Shown one piece after another: positions 12,053 through 24,889 of a stretch of DNA of 64,000 bases. The position numbers were made by a program, and so were the translations under genes. Source of the DNA: Octopus bimaculoides. Its lineage: Eukaryota. The notes under the pieces are model-generated. The model was given only the letters and a program-made list of their open reading frames with translations. It had not been told where the DNA came from and did not search any database. The DNA lies in contig NC_068998.1 in the NCBI RefSeq assembly GCF_001194135.2, positions 19,522,742 to 19,586,741 of the forward strand, in the 5' to 3' direction. Numbering within the stretch: position 1 is the first letter of the stretch; each line of letters opens with the position of its first letter.

Positions 12053-15000
12053 TTATTGATAAACAATCATTAAAGACTGATTTGGCTTCCATATAGAACA
12101 AAAACAATCAGTAATTATTAAGATCTCATTCATTTTATAAGTTCCTTAAAATCTTTAAAGGTACATTTATGAAGGGAGTTATTGTTAGATTCTAATGAAA
12201 AAGTGAAAGGCAAGAGATTTACTCATTTCCTTTCATTCTGATCACTCTATGTTTGGTCTGTGCAGTCCTTAACTGAAGAGGATCTGCCATGAATGTGAGT
12301 GCTTTTAGGTCAGGAAATGTGTAGCAAATCTCTTTGCATCACTGCATTTATCTTAAAAAGATCTTTTTAAGCAGAGGAACTAGTGATTTTGAGCCATTTT
12401 TTTTAATTATATGCACCTTTACTGCATAGAACTGTATGCTATTTCATTGAATTTTTTGTAAAACCAGTTTACTTTATATTTTCTTAAAATAAAATAAATA
12501 ACCTAAACATTTACTAAATTTCTTTTTAAGTACATTTAAAATGGTATTAATGATGGAAAATTAAGAACTTGAAAATTCCAATCGGTATATTTTAGAAACT
12601 CAATTCATACCAATTTAGAAAAATAGATAGAAAATGTAAGTGGACAAATTCACATATTCATGTGAATTGTAGGCACAAGTCTTATAGCTGGATGACTTTT
12701 CCAATACTGGTTAGTATAAACCACTAACATCTGAAGCAAAATTTTAACTTTTGACCACCCACTAAATTGGAATCCACTTCAACACCCAGCAAATCGATAC
12801 TAAATCAAAATATTTTTTCCATATATAATTCAGCCAAAACAGTCAATATTCTTCACTTGTCTTCTGAAAGAAATTGTCGTTACATTTGAATAATGAGACA
12901 ATATATTAAGACACACACACGACATCTAAATTGTCTAAATAAAATAAAAAAAAAAACAAAAAAGAAAGAGGCACGAGTGAAACCACTACCACAAATAGAA
13001 ACAAGCTAACTACTAATCAAGTCGAAAAAAAAATATAATGCTCTAAGAGATCTGACGTGCTTACCTTTTCTACGAAAAACGAGGGGTCAATGGGACACTA
13101 AAATACAGGAAATTTTGAGAGAGATTTTTTTTAGACTTTTAAAAACAGGAACTAATTTGAACAGATGAAAATAAATAGATAAATAAAAGGGATTCTTGAT
13201 GGGTGTCATACAGAAACTAAGTCTTGTGATTAAAAAAAAAAAGTAGCATTATTAAAAGATCAGAAGCAAAAGAGGGAAAGGGTATATCTTAATTTAGAAG
13301 GGGAAAGAAACTTTTTTTAAAGTTGTACACTAAATCTACAGAAAAAGGGTGAGAAGTAACAGAAACAGAATCTGAAGGGAACAAAATGAGTAAACTATAG
13401 AAAACTTAAACAGAACTGAAATCCCAAATCAGTTTGTGGTGCAGAAACTAACAGAAGAAAATCTAACACAATAAAGAAAATAAATATCCAGTTTTGTTTC
13501 TATAAATGGAAAGTAAAAAATATTTTTAAAAATGTTAATTCAAAACATTGCATGAGAAGTAACAATTGAGTAGCAAATTAAGTACCAAAATAGGATATGG
13601 CCAAGGATAAAGTAATTTCTTCATTCAATAATATTCATATGTACTTTGAGAAAATGTACAAACATTTCAGTTTTAATTTCTTACGTTATATTCATTTTCC
13701 TCATTTGCAAGAAAAATAAAATCAAATAAAATAAAAATGAAGCTGTAAGTGGTTGTGATGAAACCCATGTTAAGACATTATTTTCTATGATGACTTAAAA
13801 TATCCTTAAATATGTGAAAATTCAATGAAGATTCAATGAAAATTCAATGAAAATAATACACCCTAAACAATGCAGTAAGGTGTCAAAATATTGATAAAAT
13901 AGATTTATAATTACTTTATCTAGCCACACTTAGGAGATTAATAGATTTCTGTTAGATAGTGATCTTACATGCAAACCATCATAAGGTTTATGATAAACTT
14001 AAACCCTAATATATAACTCAGAGATTTCAATATACTTTAATTCTTTGGGGATTTTTTTTAATCATGTCATATTGAAATGCCTTCAGTAATATGTCTAGAT
14101 TGAAGTTTACATATTACTATACATAACTCTGAATTTCTTTTTTAATTTACACAAACATTTTGGTTAATTTCAAGTAATATTTTAATGTCAAAAACTCCAT
14201 AATATGGAGATGCGTTTATACAAATTTATAACAACTATTACTTAAGAATTAACAGTAACTCAGTAGTTACATCATCATACAATTTAATACTTTATTTTAT
14301 TTTTTTTTAAATCTCAGACATACAGAAGTAATGACAAAACAAAAGCTTTTATAATGAAAACAGAGCGGTTTTGATAAATGATTTCTAACAGACTAAATTT
14401 GTTTTTTAGAACAAATACTCTGAGAGTCGGTTTGCTATGAAGATTAAGACATGAAACTAATTTTTCTTCATGTTTTTTTCATGTTGCAACAAGGGAATTA
14501 GACTCCAGAGAAGAAGTGTACAAAATGACTGAATAGTAATGTTCTTATGTGGTATGAAAATAGTTTGACTTTGTAGCCAATTGTATGGGAAATAGAAAAT
14601 GGGAAGATGAATGACAACTTTTGATGGAGAAATACTTTGAAGAATAAACATGAAGGAAAAATGATTTGGTAGTTTGAATTAATCAGCAATTCATCTCAGC
14701 TTAAACAGAGTTGAAGAAGAAGAACCATGAGAGCCACAAATACTTAGTTCTCTAGTAGATTTTGAAAATGCTAAGCAGAGCTGTCAAGAATTGAAGAAAT
14801 AATTTCACACTGTCATTTGAAACAAATTTTGGAAATATACACCAATTCAACCATATTTCAATATCTCATTAAAAAAAAAAGAGAAGAAAAACAAAAGATA
14901 CTTCAGTCTTGCTTTTAAAATGTCACTCACTTCAAAACTTAGTAACTAAAAAGATTTCTTTTCCTTGCAGTAAGCTTATAGAAATTCAAGGAAAATCAGT

Positions 15001-15774
15001 AACATCTAGCCAAACATTTCTTATCTATTCCATTCCTATAAAACCATATCAGTTCTTACATCCTTGGTCTCTGAAACAATTTCATAGGGAAAAACCATGG
15101 TATGACACCAGAGTTTATTTACATAAATTAACCTAGACATCCTCACAAGTTCTTAGAGCATACTACAATCCAACATTCTTCCAGGCATCAATTACACAAG
15201 TAATGCTTCAGTAAAGCACCATTTTCAAAAGGTATAATATTGTAGCCACTTAACAATCATTCTTTATCTTTAAATGGATCCACATTTAATGTCTCCATAC
15301 ATTATTGTATATACTCATATACAAGTCATAGTCCCTTTGTGTTTATAATATTTTAATTTCAGCCTTATTTGTGTTAGTTGTACATAAGACATATGTTAGT
15401 TTTTGTGAGTATGGTATGCCTTCATAAAAGCATACAAATACATAGGAAAGCTATCCATGTTAGCCAATTGTCTGAGTTGAGCAATGGTAGGGTTAATGTT
15501 ACACACATGCAAGGTAGTGAACTGGCAGAATCATTAGCAAACCGGGCAAAATGCTTAGCATATCGTACCCAATCCCCTGAACTTGCTGGTCTTGTGTCAA
15601 AATTTGGAATCAATATCACACACTCGCATATAATATTGGATATATACGCAGTGCATTTTGAATATGATACACAGTAACAAAATTATAGGTAATACTGCAC
15701 ACATCATATTATCATCATCATCATTTTATGTTGAAAGTTTTAGTATGAAAAAATAAAGTTACTCCCATAAATTG

Positions 15775-16095
15775 TTAGGGTAAAGACCTCCTTTGGTCAT
15801 GAATAACCATAGGATTGCACCTAGAAAGTTCCCCTCCGAGGCACAAGTCTAGGCAAAGTTGTTTATGGAAGATCAGCAGTTGCCCATTCATAACAGCCTC
15901 CCCTCTCCACACCACCGATGTTATCCAAGGTTGATACAGCATGGTACCAGTGATGTCACAACTCATTTCTACAGCTGGATGAACTGGAGCAACATGAAAT
16001 AAAGAACACAACACAGAGCCCGGTCTGGGAATTGGATTCATTACTTCATGATTGTGATCCCGATGCTCTAACCACTGAGCCATTTGCCTTCACTC
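15775..16095 (-). mobile_element. tRNA-derived SINE with CORE-like central motif
   Basis: Minus-strand head GTGAAGGCAAATGGCTCAGTGGTTAGAGC and central GTTGCTCCAGTTCATCCAGCTGTAGAAATGAG. Confidence 0.7.
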
Positions 16096-19000
16096 ATAAA
16101 TTGTTAATCTAACACATATATAAACAAAGGGTTTCTATAAAGTTTCTGTCTACTGAATTCACTCACAAGACATTGGTCAGCTTGGCACTATAGTAGAAGA
16201 CGAAGGTGCCATGAAGTGAGACTGAACCTAAAACCATGCAGTTGCAAAGTGAGCTTCTTAACCACACAGTAACATTTGTGCCTTGGTAATTTTTTTGCAA
16301 TGAGAGTTCATTGATGTGATTCTAACTCTTTTCTACACATGAATTTCATACACTCCCAAATTGAAGCGTGGAAATAATAATATATTTACTTGTATCCATT
16401 GATAACTTTTTTTCTAAATCTTCTCCAATATCTCATAGGAGAAGACATTATATTGTATAATATCTTCATTTTGGCGTTTTCTTGAATGTTTCTTTAGTTT
16501 TTGTTACCTTTTTTTCTTTCAGAAATACAATTAATTTTTTCTAACACTTTTGCCAACAAGTTTGAACAGATATGAATGATATAACAAGCAAATCATCACA
16601 AGTTTGTTTTTCCTTTCAGCAGAATCAAATTCTGCTTAAGCAGTCGTGCATGTTTTGTGTATGACATCAACATATATTTGTTTGCAACACCAATATTCAT
16701 AAAGCTTTCATAGCTATATGGCCAATAGTATATCAATATATCAACTCATTTGCCAGTGTTTGTTACAAATTTCAAGCTCAGAGTGAAGTTCAGTAGATAA
16801 ACCTTATGTAGTTTTTTTTTGCAGCTTTTAAGTAAAAAAAAAAAAAGAAAGAAAGAAAAGGAAAAGAAATTGTATCTTATCTATGAGTATATACAGTATC
16901 TCTATAACTGATGTTAAATGAATTTCTGAATTCACTAAATTTGTTGCTTACACAGAAATGAAATTAGCTGAAATTCAGTATTGTCATAATATAACAAAAC
17001 AGAGATATGCAAGTCCGATGATGCATAGACAGAAATTATACAAAGTGAAACTAGAAAGAAAGAATATATGTAATAGAAAGTAAAAATCAGAAGAGAAAAT
17101 ATAAAGGATATAACAAAAGATATTTCATTGCAAATTATTTGAAATAGATTTGAATGAATTGTAAAAATCTGAAATTCATAAGAAAAATTGTGCAGAAGGT
17201 GAAGATGGTAGGGGTATCTCCCAATTTCATCATTATATATTGAAGAAATTATCGATTGGAAGTTATTTAAAGACATAATATTCCAGGTTTCAGTCTTCCA
17301 TTTTTTCTCTTTTTTATTTATAAACTAGACATGCATTTATTATCTAATACATTCACTCCAAGATGTCTTAGATAGAAATTAAATTCCTGAAAATATTTTT
17401 TAAAAAGTTGTATTTACTTCAAGTAATGATTAGAATATATCTATAAAATCAGATACATAAAAATATTTAGAACAGTTTTATGTATTTACTAATGTAATCA
17501 GTGAAATATTTATAATTTTATTTAGGTAACTGTAATGAGGTAAATATGCTTTCTTGAGTAAAATGAATGTTGTTTGGAACATGGTTTAATTTGTACGGAA
17601 CGAGCCTGATGTACTAGTATGCAGGTGAGGAATAAACATATGCTATATTACAATATGAACTTTATAATATACCACTGAATATCACATCTAACTAAAAAAA
17701 TAAAAGGGTGGGGTTCTAAAATTAGTAATGCTTAGAAAGTTTTTAGGCAGTTTAACATTTAAATCATCTCTCTTCTTTTAATTTGCCATAGAAGTTCCAG
17801 TAACTAAATTTGGGTTCATCACCAATGTTATATATAATCTAGACACAACACCACTTCTTATTTGATAAAATAATTTCTGGTCCAATGCAAAGCATATTGC
17901 TTAAACAATATAAAAGGAAAATATTTTTAATGAATAGCCATGAAACTGCAGCAAAAAAATAATCCATTATACAAATAATGTGAAAGAAACAAATAAAACA
18001 AACACACACACACACACACACAAGCACCACACAAAAATACTACCCATCAACAGCAACAATATTGAACAAGGAAAAGACATTATCTGCTTATTTTAATAAG
18101 ATATTTGTTGTGTTACTCAGAATATGTAGTGTAATGTCAGATTTTTTTGTTTTTATGCTATAGTCAAGTGAACAAAGCATTTATCCAATATTTTTTTCTC
18201 CCTTTCTCAGTGTTAGAGAAACTATCTGTTGCATACTTACAACAAAGAGTGATAACAGAAAATTTCACTAACCTTATAAATTTGTGTGACTGCTTCTTTT
18301 ATAACACATGGATTCCAATCTTTATCTGTGGTCTGTGATATGTGGAAAATAAGAGAAAAATATTCTGAAAAAGTCTCATTTTAATATAATATAGACATTA
18401 TTTAATGAAAATACTTTTTGAGTGGTGAAATCATATTCCATTTATCCTGCAGCTCTTCACCGGTAATCAGAATACCATATCAAATAGATCTGATGATCAA
18501 TTCAGCCTTTGAATATCAAAATGATTTTCCAGTTTGCATAATATAACACATGAAAATGAAACTGAAGAAATACAGCTTTGAACTCCCAGTTCAAGTAGCA
18601 CAACTTTAAACAAAGACATGCATTTTGTTGCACCTCTTGGTAGGACACTCAATTCTGATAGGAATATGTTTCCGATTTTGAAGAAGACATTCAATATAAA
18701 ACAGACTTTTTTGCAGGTCTATTACGCACACAGATGTGTCTTCTAAACTACCAAAATTATGCAGATGTACTAATGGTGTTCCATTGACCTATTAGCTGTA
18801 GTTGAAAGAAAAGCCTATATGTTGCCACTATGTGGTTTTCTGTGTTTAAAATCTTTGTTAACTTGTTAAATGGAATAAAAGCAAAGTTATCAATATATTC
18901 GAGAAAGACCTTGTAAAAGAGACAACATGTATAGTGTTATATTATTGGCAACAATAGAATAGCCTATTAGTGCATATTAAGTCATAAATTTGCGATATAA

Positions 19001-19153
19001 GACTGATACTTAATACATAACAGCATTACAAAATATAATAAATATATCATTTATGGATTGGGACACGGGGTTATGGGAAAATTCATGAGTCAGTACTGAA
19101 ATACAAGAAACCAGATTTAAAGCAAAATGCAAATTATGAAGTGAATTCCAAAC

Positions 19154-19323
19154 CTGAAAGATTAGATCTTCAAGAGTAAATCCAATAGCAAATGGATGAG
19201 CTGGATTGGTATATTTGTCTTCATAACGTACATGGATATTGCTAATTTGAACTTGCAGATTTTTTATAATTTTAGCTGCCAATTTTTCAACAAAAGAATC
19301 TTGCTTCTCTTCTTTGGGATTGT
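19154..19323 (-). CDS. VPS13: VPS13 coding exon, 170 nt, (D)NPKEEKQDSFVEKLAAKIIKNLQVQISNIHVRYEDKYTNPAHPFAIGFTLEDLIFQ
   Basis: gctggtttccag|ACAATCCC...TTTCAG|gtttgg. Contains D(S/T)FVEKL..IIKNLQV.I..IH.RYED. Phase 1 to 0. The five exons total 455 nt with no stop. Confidence 0.97.
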
Positions 19324-20834
19324 CTGGAAACCAGCAAATAAATAAAGGAGAAACAATTCAGACTGCATTATTTTTAAGCACAATCTGTAACACTTTAAGT
19401 AGAGTTTTGAAATATTCTGGCAATTTGCAATCGATATTAGAATCATTCAATATTTTTATGAATTCCTTTCTCCATACTGATAGCATTTCTTCACATTCGT
19501 ATTTAATGGTTCAGTAAAAATTCTTCAGTTCACTTTTGAATTGGGTAACCCATAAAGAAAATGAAGGAATTTTACTTAATCATTTAGCTAGAAAAAAAAA
19601 GAAATTTCATAAACCCTTCTTGCATTTTATAAAAAGGCTTATAAATGACTTGTTTAGTCCTTAAAGTGCCAACCAGCTCTAGACACTTAGCTAGCAACAC
19701 ACAAAATCAAATTTTATGTTAAAACTTGTCTATTAAATATCAACTCATTATGGTAATAAACAACTAAATTAAGATAATTTACTGAACCATTCCATAATCT
19801 CGATTATTTTGGAAAATATAGTCCTAAAAGACTAACATATATTACAAAATTGAAAAGAAAAGCATCATTCCTAAGAATAAGTGACACAAGAGAGAATATG
19901 CTGCTAAGCCAGTATTTCAAACTTTAAGAACTTTTTTATTGAAAAAAAAAAAAAAAAAATTTCACAACAATTTTAAACTTTGAACGTTTTATTTTATAAT
20001 GAGAATATATTTAAACTATAATAAAAGAAAGGTGCTCATTAGTTAACTGCGAGTACATAAATTTTACTAAAAGAAAGCAATTATTAAAGTCTATACTGCC
20101 TAGAAAAGCCTTATTTGCTCCAATTTTAATATATTTTTATCAATATGTAGCTTTTAAAATTCTTTTATTATTGAAGATTTCAACTACATGCTTTTATTTT
20201 TGTTCACTGTAACAAATGTTTATTAACATCTTAGATTTGCATTTCTTCTACTGTTTTCTTATAATGCACTCTCTCATCCTCTCTCTCTCTCTTCACCTCT
20301 TCTTTGCCTAAGACTTTTGTTTCTATTAGCCTTTCTATTTCTATATCCTTATAACCTTTTCTCTCTCACTTATTCTTATATTTTTTTTGTTTTATTTTCA
20401 GGTCTTTCTTCTTTTGGTCTTTGTCTCTTCTCTCTCTCTCTCTCTCACACAAACTTAGTTTGTATATCTTCCCCTGTTATTTCAGTTAAGACCTTTCATC
20501 TTTCCCTGGCACACTCTCTTGCTTTCACTTTCTTTCCCTGCAGTGCTGTCTCTCTCTTTCTCAACCTCTTACTCTCTACCACTTTTATCCAATTGTTTTC
20601 ATTAAAAATAAGAGATTACAGCATTTTTCTTTGACATTATTTGTGAAAATTTTTTCATTATATCCATTTAGTGTATCAAAATTACTTAGAAATTTTTTGT
20701 TTCAAGTTCATATGCATATATTGGCAGACATGCATAACACAGCAATTTCATACAAGCAAATACAACACACACTAGCAGGAATACGCTTGTAGGATGGGGT
20801 TTCTGGTAGTAGTAATAGCAGTAATGATAATAAT

Positions 20835-21032
20835 AATCTTTTCTACTAAAGGCACAAGACCTGAAATTTTGGGGGAACCCCAGTGTTTCACTGGCACTTA
20901 ATTTATCAACCCTGAAAGGATGAAAGGCAAAATCGACCTCATCAGAATTTGAACTTAGAACATAAAGACAGACGAAATGCTGCAAAACATTTTGCCCAGC
21001 ATGCTAATGATTCTGCAAGCTAGCTGCCTTAA
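20835..21032 (-). mobile_element. SINE family B copy
   Basis: Reverse complement of 3624-3850. Others at 15513-15605, 32045-32260, 44808-44950, 46575-46770 and 47612-47810. Confidence 0.85.
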
Positions 21033-21465
21033 TAATATTAATAAGAAGAAGAATGAGCTTGTAGAAATGTTGATGTCATGTACTACTTATTCAATAGAAA
21101 ATTGTTGTTATCTGTGTTTTTTCAAATCTTTCATTGGTTAATTACATCCATGAAGACTGCCATATGACCTAACCAAACAATGGCTATATAAAGCAGTATT
21201 CTAGCAATCATATATGTGATGAGAGAGAAGGAGAGGGAGGGAAGGAGGAGGAGAAAGAGATATGCATGCATTTTACAGAACATTGCTGGAGAATTAAGCA
21301 AGAACTTGTGGATGGTTCATGTCTATAGACAACATTACATGAATATACACAGATTAGTTGTCTAGTACAATCGTTCATTGACCAGATTAGCATGGTCACA
21401 AGAGGTTGCTCTGCAGACCTACTGAATACTGTGGGGGATCAAACCAAGCAAATCTAAGCAAGCTT

Positions 21466-21945
21466 GATCAGACAATGAGTGAGGCAGGCAGACAGACAAT
21501 GAGCGAGGCAGACAGAGAGACAATGAGTGAAGCAAGCAGACAGACAATGAGTGAAGCAGACAGACAGACAGACAATGAGTGAGGCAGGCAGACAGACAGA
21601 CAATGAGTGAGGCAGGCAGACAGACAGACAATGAGGCAGACAAACAGACAGACAATGAGTGAGGCAGACAGACAGACAATAGGTGAGGCAGACAGACAGA
21701 CAATAGGTGAGGCAGACAGACAGACAATAGGTGAGGCAGTCAGACAGACAATAGGTGAGGCAGTCAGACAGACAATAGGTGAGTGAATGAGATAGACAGT
21801 GAGCAAGTGAGAAAAGTAGATAGACAATGAGTGAATGAGACAGACACTGAGTGACGCAGACAAACAGTGAATTAAAGACAGAAAGTAAATGAAATAGACA
21901 GTGAATGAGTGAGTGAATGAGTGAGTGAATGAATGAGAGAAGCAA
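21466..21945. repeat. Compound minisatellite, 24-28 bp units GAGTGAGGCAG(ACAG)nACAAT, decaying into (GAGT/GAAT)n
   Basis: Directly visible periodicity; explains three low-complexity ORFs in the track. Confidence 0.95.
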
Positions 21946-22072
21946 ACAAACAGTCTGTGAGTTGGACAGCCTAATGATTATTTACAAATTTTCATCATGC
22001 TGCAGATTAATGATGTGCACTTTGGGAAAAAACTTTTCTCTTGAAATTCTAGTAACAATATTTTTTTCTGAC

Positions 22073-22174
22073 CTTTTTCTGCTTCCAATTTCTTTGCTTC
22101 TTCGACAGCTTTGAGTTTTTTCTGTTTCTGATCCTGCAGGAAAGCCTCTTCCTTTTTCTCATCATATTTGATGG
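22073..22174 (-). CDS. VPS13: VPS13 coding exon (equivalent to exon 5), 102 nt, (A)IKYDEKKEEAFLQDQKQKKLKAVEEAKKLEAEK
   Basis: cttaattctcag|CCATCAAATAT...GAAAAAG|gtcaga. IKYD..KEE helix typical of VPS13A/C. Phase 1 to 1. Confidence 0.93.
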
Positions 22175-23321
22175 CTGAGAATTAAGAAATGTAATATTTT
22201 TAGACAAACATTATGAATTATAAAATAAACTTCATACTCAAATGAATACTGTAACATTTAAAGATAAGAACAGATAAAAACAAAACTAACACTGTATTTC
22301 TTGTTCTGTGTTATGAAACCATTTTGTTACCATGCTGCCTGAGACTGTCCTTGGTTCTATGATATAAACATATAAACTTCCTGGTTTACAGTGATCTAAC
22401 TTAAGAACCTGCCCTCAAAATTTCATGTTAATTTATGTACTAAACATCAGCTTAATAATGACAAAATAATTTTATTAAATTCATTATTTTCAAAATTAAC
22501 TGAAACAAAAGCACTGTATTTTTACAGAAATATGGTAATGAAAGGGTTAAGATACTTGATTTGCTCACTCAGTCAAATAACCTATAAATAAGTACCATGC
22601 ATACAGATCACATCTCTAATGAACAAGAATGCTAAATAATTCATGTATTTTTTTTTTTTTTTTGCTTTGGATATGAAATTCAAGTTCTCTTATGTGGCAG
22701 GAGAGAGTGCATTGATATGCCACAAATAATTCTCATTAAAAAAAATCTCAAATGTCTTGATCAAATTTGGTCAATTTAGATTAACAATTACCTCCATTGT
22801 TATTAGAAGAGTAGAATGTCAGAACCAGTAGGTTGTTGGACAAAATGCCTTGCAGTATTTATTATTGCTAAGCTTAAATTCTGGAGATCAACATTGACCG
22901 CCATCCTTCAGGGAGTTGATTAAATAAAATGTGTCAAACACTAGGAATGATATAATCAACTACAACCATACCCTTAGCACAAAATTTATGGCTTTGCACT
23001 AATGTCAGAAATCATTATTATTGAATGACATTATTGGTGGAGCAGTGGGAAAAATGTTTTGCAGTATTTAGTTGATTGCTTTCCCTGTGCTGATTTTAAA
23101 GACAATCACTATTGTTATTCATATTGATTTACTTTTAAATCTTGTAGGAAAATTATAAACATGATTAAATTGATTTAAACACATCACTGATAGTGATTTT
23201 ATAGGCCCCTGGATGAAAGAAGATTAAAAAGTTTGAGGGAAAGAACTAAATATAACAATCGTTTTATTCAACATTGTAATGCCTGAGCCATCATCATTAC
23301 TGTTTATAGTTACCATTAACC

Positions 23322-23540
23322 TTTTGTTTCAGTCACTGAATTGTGGCCATGCTGGATTACTGCCTTCAAAGGGTTTACTCAAACAAATTGACACCAGCAC
23401 TTATTTTTTTTAAAAGTCTAGTACTTACTGTATTAGTCTCTTTTGTCAAACTGCTAAGTTATGGGAATATAAACAAACTAACACTGGCTGTCAAGTGATA
23501 GGGGTGGGGCAGGGACAAACACAAAAACAAATGCAACCGC

Positions 23541-23571
<31 letters not shown>

Positions 23572-23685
23572 AATGGTGGGGTTCCACACAGTTTTCATCT
23601 CCAAATTTATTTACAAGGCACTGGTCAGGCTGGGGCCATAGTAGAAGACACATCCTCAAGGTGTCATGCAGTGGAACTGAACCCA
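23322..23685 (-). mobile_element. SINE family A copy
   Basis: Same blocks; inverted relative to 24059-24455. Confidence 0.8.
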
Positions 23686-24058
23686 TTATTTAAATTAGAT
23701 TTGAGGGAGATAATCAAGATTTGATATGTGCAAAAATGCTAGCATGAACAGAAATAGTTATTGATATCTGAAGGAGAGAGGAAATCTAACAATTAGAGAG
23801 CTTAGTTAATATAGAAACCAGAAAAGCAACAATACTGTCATGAAATTTCATAATACTACCATTATGATGGAATTTTAAAAGCATGAACAAACATTGTATA
23901 AAAAAAATCTCAAAAGAATCATAATTTTTTAATTCATTAAGAAATTATTCTTTAAACAATATGAAGCCTTCCTATTAAAAATCCTGTTAAACTCGCGATA
24001 TTAGCTGATTTATATCACTCTTTTCAATGTTTACAAAAAAAAAAAAAATGTCATATAT

Positions 24059-24455
24059 AGGTGAAGATGTGGCTGTGTGGTTGAGAAGTTTACTTCCCAG
24101 CCATATGGTCTTGGGTTCAGTATCACTGTGTAGCATCTTGGGAAAGAGTCTTCTTCTACAGCCCTAGGCCAATCAAAGCCTTGCAAGTGAATTTGGTAGA
24201 CGGAAACTGAAAAATGCCCATCATATGTGTGTATGCGTGTGCATGTTTGTGTGTGTGTGTGTGCATGCATATGCAGGTGTTTGCCCACCATCACTGCTTA
24301 ACAACTGGAGTTGGTTTGTTTACATCCCCATAACTTACCAGTTTGACAAAAGAGACTGATGGAATAAGTACCAGGCATACAAAAAAAAAAAGCACTGGGG
24401 TCAATATGTTTGACAAAACCCTTCAAGGTGGTGCCCCAGTATGGCTGCAGTCCAG
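24059..24455 (+). mobile_element. SINE family A copy
   Basis: GTGGCTGTGTGGTTGAGAAG...GGGTTCAGT head; tail AAGGTGGTGCCCCAGTATGGCTGCAGTC. Confidence 0.85.
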
Positions 24456-24889
24456 GACAAAATCTTCAGCAGAACAGAAACTTATCAAACTGAACCATTG
24501 AACTGATGATCTATTGTTGTTGAAAGCATTATTGTTTAAGCAGAAATACCCAATTGCGACAGAGCAACAGTTGTAATTTAATTAAAAGGTCAGATACGCA
24601 ATGGTATAATATTTCTTTTAAATACATCTGATATATGAGACATAAGGGAACGCTATAAAATGGTCATTCTTTATATATTGTCATACAACTTTTTATTGTT
24701 TTTTTTTTTTTTACATTTGGATGGTTTGTGTTTTCCTAATTTGTCTTATTCTTGATTATTTCCCAAGTGGACTGCAATCTACCGAGTTATTCCAGAACAA
24801 CTGATTCACTTGCCACTTTGGAACATACACACACATATGAAATATGACTGACACTAGAAAAGCAAGACTAATCATTTATCTTTAATCTT

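Noticed and set aside
21419-21945. ORFs of 102-163 aa (SVCL repeats)
   Set aside because: Translations of the minisatellite.
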